Assembly (NCBI GenBank): GCA_965203905.1
Contig: CBDBDQ010000005.1
Span: forward strand, 1,760,001 to 1,824,000
Reading direction: 5' to 3'
Length of the DNA stretch: 64,000 nt
DNA from: Spirochaetia bacterium
Lineage (GTDB): Bacteria > Spirochaetota > Spirochaetia > SZUA-6 > Bin103
Positions 1 to 9,574 of this stretch are shown here, piece by piece; within the stretch, counting starts at the first letter, position 1; each line of letters opens with the position of its first letter. A model generated the notes under the pieces. The model was not told the origin of the DNA. It saw nothing but the letters and a program-made list of their open reading frames with translations, and made no database searches. The position numbers were made by a program, and so were the translations under genes.

Positions 1-1012
1 GCTGCTGACGCGGGAGGAGATGCCGCTCTGGCGGAGTCCCGCATCCGTAGGGGAGGCCACGGAGACTCCGCTCAGTGCCGCCGCCGAAGCGATCTGCGCC
101 AGCCTGCGCCGTGACGGCGCCCTGTTCCGCGACGAACTGCAGCGCGCCGCCGGTTTGCTGCCGGCGCAGGTGGACACCGCGCTGGGGGAACTGGCTGCGG
201 CAGGTATCGTCACCTGCGACAGCTTCGCCGGGCTGCGCACGTTGATCCGGCCGGCGCCACGCGGCGCGGTGGAACGACGCGCCGCGCGGGTGGGCGGGGC
301 GCTCGGCGCGGGCCGCGGCGTGGCCGGTGGGCCGCGGCGGTTGGCGGCCGTCCCCGCCGGCGGGCCGCGCGCCGGCGGCCGGCGCCTGGAGCGCACGGGC
401 CGCTGGAGCCTGCTGCCGCGGCCGGCGCAGCACGGCGAAGAACGCCCGGCGTCGGAGCTGGAGAGCATCGCGTTGCGTCTCCTGGAACGGTACGGGGTGG
501 TGTTCCGGCGCATCCTGGAGCGGGAGTCGCTGGCGCCGTCGTGGCGCGAGCTGGTCTCCGTGTACCGGCGGCTCGAGGCGCGCGGCCAGATTCGCGGCGG
601 CTACTTCGTAAGCGGGGTGGGCGGCGAGCAGTTTGCCCTGGCCGAGGCGATCGCCAGGATGCGCGCCGTGCGCCGGAGCGCACCGTCCGGCGAGCTGCGA
701 GTGCTGGCGGCGGTCGATCCAGCCGGCGGTATCGGCCTCCGGGTGCACCCGGCTCGGGAGCGGCAACGGGTGGCCGGCGTGCGCGGGAATCGGATCCTGT
801 ACCGCGATGGAGTGCCGCTGGCGGTGCGTGAGGCGGGTGCCGTCCGGCTCCTCGACGGCGTCGCTGCGGCCCTGTCGGAAGCGGAGCGCTGGGAGCTGCA
901 ACGGCTGTTGCTGGCCCGCGACCCGCGCCGGGCACGCCGTGTCGCCGCGCACCTGCATGCGGTCGCCGCGCAGCGAGAGGCAGGTTCCGTGCCCGCCGCG
1001 CCCGCATCGTAA
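1..1012 (+). CDS. lhr: Lhr-family ATP-dependent helicase, C-terminal part (5'-truncated by window edge)
   Basis: Frame is open from the window start. Contains the Lhr C-terminal signature LLERYGVVFR...WRELVSVYRRLEARGQIRGGYFVSGVGGEQFA and an upstream winged-helix segment (GALFRDEL...ELAAAGIVTCDSFAGLR). Confidence 0.8.
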   Translation, partial: LLTREEMPLWRSPASVGEATETPLSAAAEAICASLRRDGALFRDELQRAAGLLPAQVDTALGELAAAGIVTCDSFAGLRTLIRPAPRGAVERRAARVGGALGAGRGVAGGPRRLAAVPAGGPRAGGRRLERTGRWSLLPRPAQHGEERPASELESIALRLLERYGVVFRRILERESLAPSWRELVSVYRRLEARGQIRGGYFVSGVGGEQFALAEAIARMRAVRRSAPSGELRVLAAVDPAGGIGLRVHPARERQRVAGVRGNRILYRDGVPLAVREAGAVRLLDGVAAALSEAERWELQRLLLARDPRRARRVAAHLHAVAAQREAGSVPAAPAS

Positions 1013-1059
1013 CTGCGAGGTTGCATTACCCCGGTCGAAAACCGTAGATTCTCACAGGA

Positions 1060-1806
1060 ATGGCTCCGGTCGCGGGCACCTCCGGCGTGCCATTGCTGGT
1101 GCGCACACGCGCTGCGGATCGGATCGGCGCCATGTTTGACGGAATTGCCCGTCGCTACGACGTTCTGAATCGCGTGCTGTCGCTGCAGCGCGATCAGCGT
1201 TGGCGCAGATTGGCAGCGCAGTTGGTATTGGCCGCTCATCCCCGCACGGTTCTCGACATAGCTACCGGCACCGCAGATCTGCCCCTGATACTCGCGGCGC
1301 TCGATCCGCGCCTTCGCGTGACCGGGATCGACATCGCAGGCGAGATGCTGGCGCGGGGACGCGCCAAGGTGCGCCGCCAAGGGGCCGGCGGGCGCATCGA
1401 CCTGCGTCAGGGCGACGCTCTGGCGTTACCGTCCGCCGCGGCGAGCGTGGACGCGGTCACCATCGCCTTCGGGATCCGCAACGTGGCCGACTACCGTACC
1501 GCGTTGCGCGAGATGTACCGCGTCCTGCGGCCATCCGGATCGGTCACGATCCTGGAGTTCTCGCTGCCGCCGCACCCCCTCGTACGCCTCACGTATCTGC
1601 TCTACTTCCGCCACCTGTTGCCCGCCGTCGGCGGTCTGATCTCGGGCAACCGCACCGCGTATCGCTACTTGAACCGCTCGGTAGAGTCGTTTCCCGGCGC
1701 CGAGGAGTTCGCCCGTCTGCTCACCGCCGTCGGCTTCGAACGGGTCCGGCGGCTGGCGCTGACATTCGGGATCGCGGCGATCTACCACGCGCGCAAGCCG
1801 GCCTGA
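1060..1806 (+). CDS. menG: Demethylmenaquinone methyltransferase (UbiE/MenG)
   Basis: MFDGIARRYDVLNRVLS, SAM motif VLDIATGTADL, IAFGIRNV, YRYLNRSVESFP; adjacent to menF/menD. Confidence 0.92.
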   Translation: MAPVAGTSGVPLLVRTRAADRIGAMFDGIARRYDVLNRVLSLQRDQRWRRLAAQLVLAAHPRTVLDIATGTADLPLILAALDPRLRVTGIDIAGEMLARGRAKVRRQGAGGRIDLRQGDALALPSAAASVDAVTIAFGIRNVADYRTALREMYRVLRPSGSVTILEFSLPPHPLVRLTYLLYFRHLLPAVGGLISGNRTAYRYLNRSVESFPGAEEFARLLTAVGFERVRRLALTFGIAAIYHARKPA

Positions 1807-3255
1807 ATGATGCCCGTGTCGCGGCACCGACTCGCGCCCGCTGCCACGCCGCCCGACCGCCGGCTCGAGCGCGCTCTGCAGGCCCTTTGTCCGGGGTCCT
1901 GGCACTGGTGCGAGCGGTATCCGGGCGCGGTTTGCCACCGCGCCGAGCTGGCACTGGGCGGAGCGGATCCCCTCACCTTTCTCCGTCACCTCGCCGCCGA
2001 CGGCAGTCTGCCGTGGGGCGGTGGCTGCTACTGGTCGGATCGCAGTCACACCCTGCAGTGCGCGGGAGTGGGGAGTGCGGCCGAGGTGACCGGTGAAGAC
2101 GGCATTCCGTTTACCGAGGTGTGTGCCGCCGTGGCAGCGCTGATCGGGAGCCCGCGGCAACGGCTCTACGGGGGGTTCCGGTTCCGTGGCGGGCAGCGGG
2201 CCCACGGCGAGGAGCCGTGGTGGACGCCGTTCGGGAGCTACCGCTTCACCCTGCCTCGGATCGAGTTGGCGCGGACCCCGGCGGGCACCACCCTGGCGTG
2301 CAACTTCCGTCACGACGAACAGGATGCGGCCGGCTTGCCGCACGACCTGGCCGCCCGCTGCCGCGCGGCGGTGCAGGCGGCATTGGCCGGGCCGGCCGCC
2401 CCGCAGGGACGCCCGAACCCGGTAGCCGCGTGCAGCCACGTGCCGGATCAATCGCGCTGGCGGCAACTCGTCGCCGCGGTGCTGCGGCGCTTTGGAAGCT
2501 GCCTCGACGGCGGCAGCGATCCGCTGGAGAAGATCGTGTTGGCGCGCAGGACGACGCTGCAGTTCGCCGCCCGCATCTGCGCGCTTACCCTGCTGCAGCG
2601 GCTGCGGACGGTGAACCCGGCGGCCTACCACTTCGCGCTGCAGCCGCCTTCCGGCGTCACGTTCTTCGGTGCCTCGCCGGAGCGGTTGTTGCGCATCTCC
2701 GGTGACACCGTGGAAACGGAAGCGTTGGCCGGTACCCGGCCCCGCGGCGACAGCGCGGCGGCGGACGCACGGCTGGAAGCAGAGTTGCTGCGCTCGGACA
2801 AGGAGTTGCGCGAACACCGGTACGTCCATGCCAGCATCGCCCGCAGCCTGCGCGAACTGTGCAGCCGGGTGTCCACCCAGGATGTGGTCCGGGTACGCAA
2901 GCTGGCTCACGTTCAGCACCTGCACACCTCGTTCAGCGGCACGCTGCGGCCGGGAGTAGGGTTGGCCGAGGTCCTGCAGCGGCTGCACCCGACCCCTGCG
3001 GTCGGCGGCTACCCCACCTGTGGGGTCAGCGACCTGATCGCCGCCACCGAGGCGTTCGACCGCGGCTGGTACGCCGGTCCGGTTGGCTGGATCGGTGCCG
3101 GCGCCGCGGAGTTCGCCGTGGGAATCCGCGCCGGCGTGGCCGACGGCGACACGCTCCATCTCTACGCCGGGAATGGGATCGTGCGCGGCTCGACGGCGGA
3201 CGCGGAGTGGGCGGAGATGGAACAGAAGATTCTTCAGATCCTGGACGTAGTCTGA
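1807..3255 (+). CDS. menF: Isochorismate synthase
   Basis: Chorismate-binding motifs EKIVLAR, FFGASPERL, EALAGT, KELREH, LHPTPAVGGYP, RGWYAGPVGW; sits between menG and menD. Confidence 0.9.
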   Translation: MMPVSRHRLAPAATPPDRRLERALQALCPGSWHWCERYPGAVCHRAELALGGADPLTFLRHLAADGSLPWGGGCYWSDRSHTLQCAGVGSAAEVTGEDGIPFTEVCAAVAALIGSPRQRLYGGFRFRGGQRAHGEEPWWTPFGSYRFTLPRIELARTPAGTTLACNFRHDEQDAAGLPHDLAARCRAAVQAALAGPAAPQGRPNPVAACSHVPDQSRWRQLVAAVLRRFGSCLDGGSDPLEKIVLARRTTLQFAARICALTLLQRLRTVNPAAYHFALQPPSGVTFFGASPERLLRISGDTVETEALAGTRPRGDSAAADARLEAELLRSDKELREHRYVHASIARSLRELCSRVSTQDVVRVRKLAHVQHLHTSFSGTLRPGVGLAEVLQRLHPTPAVGGYPTCGVSDLIAATEAFDRGWYAGPVGWIGAGAAEFAVGIRAGVADGDTLHLYAGNGIVRGSTADAEWAEMEQKILQILDVV

Positions 3256-3269
3256 ACGGAACGGCATGC

Positions 3270-5066
3270 GTGGGTGACGGCGGCGGCAGCAACAGCCACT
3301 GGGCCCAGCTCCTGGTCGAGGAGCTGACGCGCTGCGGCTGCCGTTACTTTCTCATCTCTCCGGGGTCGCGCTCGACGCCGCTGGTGGTCGCCGCCGCGCG
3401 CCACCCGGCAGTGACCGCGCGCGTCTGTCTGGAGGAACGTGGCGCCGCCTTCCATGCCGTGGGTTACGGGCGCGCCGCCGGCCGGCCCGCGGTGCTGGTG
3501 TGCACCTCCGGCACGGCACTCGCCAACTACCTGCCGGCGGTGGTGGAGGCCGCCCAGGACCAGGTCCCGCTGCTGGTGCTGAGCGCGGACCGGCCACCCG
3601 AGCTGCAGGATACCGGCGCCAACCAGACGATCGCACAGCGCGGCATATTCGGCGGATACACCCGCTGGAGTGGCGAGCTTCCCGCGCCGACGCCGCGCAT
3701 CGATCCGCGGGTGGTGCTGACGACCGTCGATCAGGCGGTGTTTCGCGCCACCGCCGACGCGCCCGGACCGGTGCACCTCAACTGCCCGTTCCGCGAGCCG
3801 CTGGAACCGGAACCGCTTCCCGAGCCGCTGGTCGCGGGGCCCGCCGCTGCGCGCTGGCGCACCGGCGGCGAACCGTTCACCACCTATCGCACGCCGGCGG
3901 GCACCGAAGCGCGGGCCGCGCCTCCGGCCACTGCCGCGGCGCCGCCTGAGGAGCCGGTGTCTGCGCTCCTGAGCCTGGTTGCGGAGAGCCGGCAGGGCTT
4001 GCTGGTGGCAGGCGGCCTGCCGCAAGGTTGCGCCGGCGCCGTCGAGGCGCTGGCGGCCCGCCTGGGGTGGCCGCTGCTCGGCGACATCACCAGTGGTGTC
4101 CGCGGCACGCCGGGACTGCAACTTCTGCTGCAGTGCGCGGCTGGACGCGAACTGCTGCACCCGGACTGCGTGCTGCACTTCGGCACCCGCGTCGTGGCCA
4201 GACAGTACCAGGAGCTGCTCGCCGCCGCGGCGCCGCGGTTGGCACAGGTGGCGGCCGCCCCGGACCGCCTCGATCCCAGCCACTCGGCGGCGCTACGTAT
4301 CGTGGCCGACCCGCGCCGGGTGGCGGATCAGCTTCACCGGCGCATTCCGAAGCGGCCCGTGTCTGCCCATGCCGGCGCGGTCCAGGCTGCCGCGGCTCGG
4401 GCGCGGCAGGCGCTGGCCGTATTGGGCGCCGGCCGCCGTGCCCCTTCCGAGCCAGCCGTTGCGGCCGCGGTGGCCGCGGCGGCCACGGGGCCGCCGGCGT
4501 GTGGGCTGTTCGGCGCCAGCAGCATGCCGATCCGCGACCTCGACACGTTCGCAACGCCGCTGCCGCCGGGCGTGACGGTGGCGGCCAACCGCGGCGCCAG
4601 CGGCATAGACGGTGCCGTGGCCAGTGCGGCGGGCTTTGCCGCCGGGCTGCAAGCTCCGGTGATTGCACTCCTTGGCGATCTTTCGCTGCTGCACGATCTA
4701 CCGTCTCTCAGTCAACTTCCGGATGTCGCCCCAGGCCTCGTCATCGTGGTGATCAACAATCGGGGAGGTGGGATTTTCTCGCTATTGCCCTTGGCGCAGA
4801 TCGAGGAGGCGGGATTCGAAGAACTGTTCGAACGCTACTTCGCAACGCCCCACGAGGTGGCGTTCCGCGAACTGGCGGCGACGTTCAGCATGCACTATGC
4901 ACGGCCACGAACAGTTGCCGAACTGGAGCGGCACCTCGCCGTCGCCACCGTTCGTGCCGGGCAAGGCGCCGACACCCTGCTCGAAGTCACCACCGAACGG
5001 GCGGCCAACGCCTCCCTGCATGCTGAGCTGCGCGACCTGGTAGAGCGCGCAGTACGTGAACGCTAG
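3270..5066 (+). CDS. menD: SEPHCHC synthase (ThDP-dependent)
   Basis: ISPGSRSTPL, ERGAAF, CTSGTALANYLPAVVEA, SADRPPEL, NRGASGIDG, GDLSLLHD, NNRGGGIF. Start reassigned from 2859 to GTG 3270, just after the menF stop. Confidence 0.93.
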   Translation: MGDGGGSNSHWAQLLVEELTRCGCRYFLISPGSRSTPLVVAAARHPAVTARVCLEERGAAFHAVGYGRAAGRPAVLVCTSGTALANYLPAVVEAAQDQVPLLVLSADRPPELQDTGANQTIAQRGIFGGYTRWSGELPAPTPRIDPRVVLTTVDQAVFRATADAPGPVHLNCPFREPLEPEPLPEPLVAGPAAARWRTGGEPFTTYRTPAGTEARAAPPATAAAPPEEPVSALLSLVAESRQGLLVAGGLPQGCAGAVEALAARLGWPLLGDITSGVRGTPGLQLLLQCAAGRELLHPDCVLHFGTRVVARQYQELLAAAAPRLAQVAAAPDRLDPSHSAALRIVADPRRVADQLHRRIPKRPVSAHAGAVQAAAARARQALAVLGAGRRAPSEPAVAAAVAAAATGPPACGLFGASSMPIRDLDTFATPLPPGVTVAANRGASGIDGAVASAAGFAAGLQAPVIALLGDLSLLHDLPSLSQLPDVAPGLVIVVINNRGGGIFSLLPLAQIEEAGFEELFERYFATPHEVAFRELAATFSMHYARPRTVAELERHLAVATVRAGQGADTLLEVTTERAANASLHAELRDLVERAVRER

Positions 5067-5069
5067 CGG

Positions 5070-5657
5070 CTACGCCGCCGGCAGCAGGGACTCGGCCTGA
5101 TTCACGACGGCACGCAGCAGCGACTCGTCGGGCCGGCTCCGCACCAGCACCTGCATGCCGAGAAACAGACTGAGCAGGCAACGCGCCGCCTGAGTCGCAT
5201 CTACCTGCCGCGCGATCTCGGCGCTGGCGATGCCGCGCTCGACCGCACTGCGGAAGCTGGCCTCCAACTCGGTGAGCGCGCCACGTACCATCGCAGCTAC
5301 CTCGAGGTCACTCGGAAGCAGTTCCATCGCCGTGCTGATGAGCAGATTGTGGTCGTCTGACCGCTCCACGCCAACTTCCGTGACCAGCGATTCAAAGACG
5401 TCGATTATCGCTTGGCGCGGTGCGGACGCCTCGGTCAGATCCGACAACCCGGCAGATGGAGAGACCTGGCCGTCGTGGCGCAGGGCCTGCAGAAACAGGG
5501 CATGCTTGTCACCGAAGGTAGCGTATACGCTGCTCCGGCTGACCCCCGTATGCTTCGCTATGTCCCGCATCGAGGTGGCCCGGTAGCCGCGTGCCCGGAA
5601 CAACTCCAAGGCCTTGGTCAGAGCATACTCGACGGTGAAGGTCTTTTTCCTCGGCAT
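5070..5657 (-). CDS. TetR/AcrR family regulator (NemR/ComR-like)
   Basis: N-terminal HTH ALELFRARGYRATSMRDIAKHTGVSRSSVYATFGDKHALF. Confidence 0.9.
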   Translation of the reverse strand: MPRKKTFTVEYALTKALELFRARGYRATSMRDIAKHTGVSRSSVYATFGDKHALFLQALRHDGQVSPSAGLSDLTEASAPRQAIIDVFESLVTEVGVERSDDHNLLISTAMELLPSDLEVAAMVRGALTELEASFRSAVERGIASAEIARQVDATQAARCLLSLFLGMQVLVRSRPDESLLRAVVNQAESLLPAA

Positions 5658-5700
5658 GGCATTTTTCCAGTCGGCTGATCTTGTTGCGCAGCAACATCCT

Positions 5701-5716
5701 TAGACCGACCGTTCCA
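5701..5716. promoter_or_regulatory. Imperfect palindrome, probable TetR operator
   Basis: TAGACCGACCGTTCCA ~45 bp upstream of the TetR start at 5657; resembles the NemR box TAGACCN4GGTCTA. Confidence 0.55.
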
Positions 5717-5865
5717 GATTACCATGTCCGATGAAGAAGGCACAAGCGGTCGCTGGTTGGACTAGGTTGGACTGGTTGGACGGATCTCGTCGGTCACGGT
5801 CAAGCTGGTCCAATAGCGTTCCGAGGCGACGGGGTTCGGGCGCTGAGTGCGCCTGAACTGGTGCT

Positions 5866-6447
5866 TTATTGCAGCAGAGCCTCGGCCTGATGCTTGATCG
5901 CGCGCAGCAACGACTCTTCCGGTCGACTCCTGGCTAGAACCTGCAACCCGATCATCAGGCCGAGCAGCGAGCGCGCGGTGCGGTCAGGGTCCACGCTCCG
6001 GCCGATCTCGCCGGCTTTCTGTCCCTGTTCGATCAGGCTGCGGAAACCGTTCTCGATGCGCGTGAGGCCCTGGGTCACGAGGGCGGCGACCTCCCGATCG
6101 TGCGGCGACAGTTCCAGCGCCGTGTTGATCAGGAAACAACCGTTGCGGGTAGTGTCGTCCAGGGCCCGTTCGACAGCGTTCTCGAATGTGCTCGATATGG
6201 CCGCAAGCGGAGACGGCGCATGCGCCAGCATCGACACCGCTCCGGTGTGACACAGACCCATGTAGTAGCGGAGGGACTGCAGGAACAGACCGTGCTTGCT
6301 ACCGAAGGTATCGTAGATGCTGCCGCGTCCGATGCCCATGCAGTCGACGAGATCCTGCATCGACGTGGGGGCGTAGCCGTGTTTCCAGAACATGTGCATC
6401 GCGCTGGTCACGGCTTCCTCGATCTTGAATTGCTTCGTTCTGGGCAT
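5866..6447 (-). CDS. TetR/AcrR family regulator (paralog of 5070-5657)
   Basis: MPRTKQF...FWKHGYAPTSMQDLVDCMGIGRGSIYDTFGSKHGLF, GCFLIN; start placed at ATG 6447. Confidence 0.9.
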   Translation of the reverse strand: MPRTKQFKIEEAVTSAMHMFWKHGYAPTSMQDLVDCMGIGRGSIYDTFGSKHGLFLQSLRYYMGLCHTGAVSMLAHAPSPLAAISSTFENAVERALDDTTRNGCFLINTALELSPHDREVAALVTQGLTRIENGFRSLIEQGQKAGEIGRSVDPDRTARSLLGLMIGLQVLARSRPEESLLRAIKHQAEALLQ

Positions 6448-6573
6448 GACGTGATTCTTGGATGACCTGTCTTGGGTTCTATCTGGGTCGCCCAAGCAGT
6501 ATAGCTTACTCTCGGTATCGTGTCACGCGCGATCAGGTAATCTACGCTTCCTGAATAGCGTGTACAGAACGCT

Positions 6574-6700
6574 TCACGCCACCCGGCCGGTGCCGCCGTC
6601 CAGGATACGGACGCAGACGTCCGCCATCGACTCCGGCTCGGTGATCACCTCGGCGCGCCCGTCGCCGTCGATGTCGTGGATCGCCACCGGCCCTGGGGAG
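6574..6700 (-). pseudogene. Short remnant with an FG-GAP/VCBS-like Ca-binding repeat
   Basis: Translates PGPVAIHDIDGDGRAEVIT...ILDGGTG (DxDGDG motif) with no plausible start or surrounding gene. Confidence 0.4.
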
Positions 6701-6706
6701 CGGGGC

Positions 6707-7507
6707 TCAACGTTCCCGGCGCGGGTGCAGCAACGGCAGATGGCGGTCGTCGTCGAGGGGGTCGCCTGGCTGCAGCCGCTGCGCCAGCTCCGCCGGCAGG
6801 GCCGCGGGGTGACCGTTGTAGGTGCTGTCACCCGGCATGAACAGGAAGCCGAAGGCCCGCCGCCGGTGGCTGGTCATGTTGGGTCCGGCGGCGTGGGCCA
6901 GCATGCCATTGATGAAGATGCCGGCGCCGGCGCGCACCTCCGCCACCGACGGGTCGTTCCTCGCCCAGTCCGGAAAGGCGCGGAACAGGCCGCCCACGTT
7001 GGCGCTGGCGAGGTCGGCCTGGACCCCGACGTCGCCCTGCAGGTGGGTGCCGTCCAGGAAGTAGAGGCAGCCGTTCTGCACGCTGGCGTCGTCGAGGGCG
7101 ACCCACAGCATGATGGCGGCGCGGCTGTAAAACGGATCGTAGGGGTTGTCGATGTGCCAGTTGGTCGGGTTGCCCCACGGCGGCTTGTACAGCGCGTGGT
7201 CGTGGTACAGGCGGATCGAATCCACGCCGGCCAGCTCCGCCGCCATCGGCCCCAGCGGGCTGTCGAGTATCAGCCCTTCCACGGCCGCATTGCTCTTCCA
7301 CAGGTTCACGCACTGGGTGAACACGTTGCGGTAGTAATCTTCGTCCTCCGCGCCGTCGTGGCCGGCCTGCGCTACCCGCTCGGCCACCGCGGCGTCCACG
7401 GCCGTGCGCCAGGCCGCAAGCTCGGCCGCATCCAGCAGGTCATCCACCACCAGGAAGCCGCGTCGGCGGTAGGAGGCGATGCGCGGTTCGGTCAGCGTGC
7501 AATTCAT
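6707..7507 (-). CDS. Phytanoyl-CoA dioxygenase (PhyH) family Fe(II)/2OG oxygenase
   Basis: Fe motif WHID, WVALDDASVQNGCL, distal His in LAHAAGPN..RR. Confidence 0.88.
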   Translation of the reverse strand: MNCTLTEPRIASYRRRGFLVVDDLLDAAELAAWRTAVDAAVAERVAQAGHDGAEDEDYYRNVFTQCVNLWKSNAAVEGLILDSPLGPMAAELAGVDSIRLYHDHALYKPPWGNPTNWHIDNPYDPFYSRAAIMLWVALDDASVQNGCLYFLDGTHLQGDVGVQADLASANVGGLFRAFPDWARNDPSVAEVRAGAGIFINGMLAHAAGPNMTSHRRRAFGFLFMPGDSTYNGHPAALPAELAQRLQPGDPLDDDRHLPLLHPRRER

Positions 7508-7585
7508 CCCATCGGCACCTGCAACCTAGCGTAGCATATCGCTGACAGGCGCGCCGCGAGCTCCATTTTTTCGCATTGTTAAGAG

Positions 7586-8161
7586 GTGAGTAGCGGCAGG
7601 TTGAGGTTCGGCGGCTGCTCAGCGCGGCGGGCGGTGCTGGTGGCAGCCTTGGTGATGGGCGCCGCGATCGCCGTGGCGAGCGGAGCGGGCGAGGCCCAGG
7701 AGGGCGAGGTGGTGGTGCTGATCACCGACCACCGCGAGGCGATCGACGACTTTGCGTCGCTGGTGGTGACCGCGACCGGTGCCCGGCTGCACCGGCGCGG
7801 CCACGTTGCCGACGCGGGCTGGACGGTGATCGAGGTGCCGCCGCGGGAGGTGGATCTGACCCGTTACCGGGACGGTGCCAGCCTCGAGCTGGTGCGGGCG
7901 CCGGTGGCCGCGGGGCGGTACGATGCGGCCGACCTGCTCCTGGCCGGCCCCGCCCGCGGCGTAGTGCTCGCCGGCGACCGGGTGACGGTGCCGCTGGAGG
8001 TCTCGCCGGTACGGGTAGCGGTCGAGGTGCGGCGCGGCCAGGTGACGAACCTGACCTTCGATCTGGTGGTGCACGACCTGCGCGATCATCCCGGAAAGAC
8101 CTGGGGCGTGCTGCTGGAAGAGGTGCGCGTCGCCAACGTGGCGGTCACCGTACCCGAGTAA
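7586..8161 (+). CDS. Exported DUF4382-like protein
   Basis: Hydrophobic signal peptide followed by VVLITDH..IDDFASLVVT, EVDL, GRYD, LTFDL; ends 8 bp before the ATP-grasp gene. Confidence 0.55.
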   Translation: MSSGRLRFGGCSARRAVLVAALVMGAAIAVASGAGEAQEGEVVVLITDHREAIDDFASLVVTATGARLHRRGHVADAGWTVIEVPPREVDLTRYRDGASLELVRAPVAAGRYDAADLLLAGPARGVVLAGDRVTVPLEVSPVRVAVEVRRGQVTNLTFDLVVHDLRDHPGKTWGVLLEEVRVANVAVTVPE

Positions 8162-8169
8162 CTGCAGCG

Positions 8170-9540
8170 GTGCCCGGCTCCCCGGCTACGATCTTCAACG
8201 AGTGGCAGGACGCGGCCGGCCGGCCGCGGGATCACTACGCGCCGCTCGCCGCTGCCGTCGCCACGCTCGGTCGACGCGAGCTGTGCCGGCGCTGGGATAC
8301 GGCCCGCCGCCGCGGGCTGCTGGACGCGGTCACCTTCTGCCTCGAGCCGCACCGGTTCCGGACGGCGCCGGCCGACTGGCTTCCGCGCGTCATCCCGCAC
8401 GCGCACTGGGAGGTGATCGCGGCCGGAGTGGGGCAGCGGCTGAAGGCGATCAATCGCTTCCTGCTCGACCTGTACCACGGCGGCCAGGACATCGTGCCCG
8501 ACGAAGTGGTCTATACCGCGCAGCATTTCTATCCCGAGGTGCTGGGATTCCAGCCGCCGCGCGACCTGTTCGTCCATCTCTATGCGATCGATCTGGTGCA
8601 CCTGGGCGGCGGGCGCTACGTGGTCCTGGAAGACACCGCGCGGATTCCGTTCGGGATCGGTTACCAGCTCAAGACGCTGGAGCTCGTGGGCCAGGTGATA
8701 CCGGAGTTCGCCGCCGGCTACGACCTGGAACGCTACGAGATCCGGCAGGCCTACCTCGACCTGTTCCGCTCGCTCTGCGACTCCCCGTCACCGGTGTGCG
8801 TGCTGCTGACCGACGGCAGGTTCGGAGCTGCCTTCTTCGAGCACCGCTACCTGTCGGAGCTGCTGGGCATCCCGCTGGTGGAGGGCTCCGACCTCTACGT
8901 CGGCTATGACGGGCGGGTGTACCTGCGCACCCTGGATCGCGATCTTCCCGTCGACCTGGTATACCGGCGGGTGGAAGACCTGGACCTGTTCGTGCCGGGC
9001 CTGCACGACGCCTGCCTGGACCACCGGGTGATTCTGGTGAACGCCATCGGGGCCGGCGCGGTGGAGGACAAGCTGGTGTTCAAGTGGGTGCCGGAGATGA
9101 TCGAGCGTTACCTGGGCGAGGCGCCGATCCTGCCGCAGGCGACCAGCTACGACCTGACCGACCCGGAGAGCCGCCGCTACGTGCTGGACCACCTGGACCG
9201 GCTGGTGATCAAGTCGCGCCGGGAACACGTCGCCGGCGGCGTCTCCGTAGTGTCCGATCTGGGGCCGGCCGCCAGGAGGCGTCTCGGCGAACGCATTCTG
9301 GAGCAGCCGCGGATGCTGGTGGCGCAGGAGTGTCTGGACTTTTCCCAGCACCTGGTCTTGAATGCCGCGACGGGTGCGCTGGAGGGTCGCTACGTGGACT
9401 TGCGGGTGTTCGCGCTGCAGGACGGTTCGGGCCAGGTGACCGTGTTCGCGGGCGGTTTGACCCGTGTCGCTGCGGCCACCGGGCGCATCACCAGCCACTC
9501 GGCGGGTGGGTCGTTCAAGCCTACCTGGGTGCTCCGTTAG
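8170..9540 (+). CDS. Circularly permuted type 2 ATP-grasp protein
   Basis: DWLPRVI, GVGQRLKAINRFLLDLYH, AFFEHRYL, LVEGSDL, VDLVYRRV, DLRVFA, GGLTRVA, TWVL. Confidence 0.88.
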   Translation: MPGSPATIFNEWQDAAGRPRDHYAPLAAAVATLGRRELCRRWDTARRRGLLDAVTFCLEPHRFRTAPADWLPRVIPHAHWEVIAAGVGQRLKAINRFLLDLYHGGQDIVPDEVVYTAQHFYPEVLGFQPPRDLFVHLYAIDLVHLGGGRYVVLEDTARIPFGIGYQLKTLELVGQVIPEFAAGYDLERYEIRQAYLDLFRSLCDSPSPVCVLLTDGRFGAAFFEHRYLSELLGIPLVEGSDLYVGYDGRVYLRTLDRDLPVDLVYRRVEDLDLFVPGLHDACLDHRVILVNAIGAGAVEDKLVFKWVPEMIERYLGEAPILPQATSYDLTDPESRRYVLDHLDRLVIKSRREHVAGGVSVVSDLGPAARRRLGERILEQPRMLVAQECLDFSQHLVLNAATGALEGRYVDLRVFALQDGSGQVTVFAGGLTRVAAATGRITSHSAGGSFKPTWVLR

Positions 9541-9574
9541 GAGTCTGCACGGTCACTCCGCGACATGGAGAACG

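Noticed and set aside
1-1012. Lhr helicase as partner of the DUF2791 ATPases
   Set aside because: It is 27 kb away, upstream of men genes, and looks like the ordinary long Lhr.
2859-3269. Long N-terminus of MenD
   Set aside because: Overlaps menF; MenD similarity begins near 3270.
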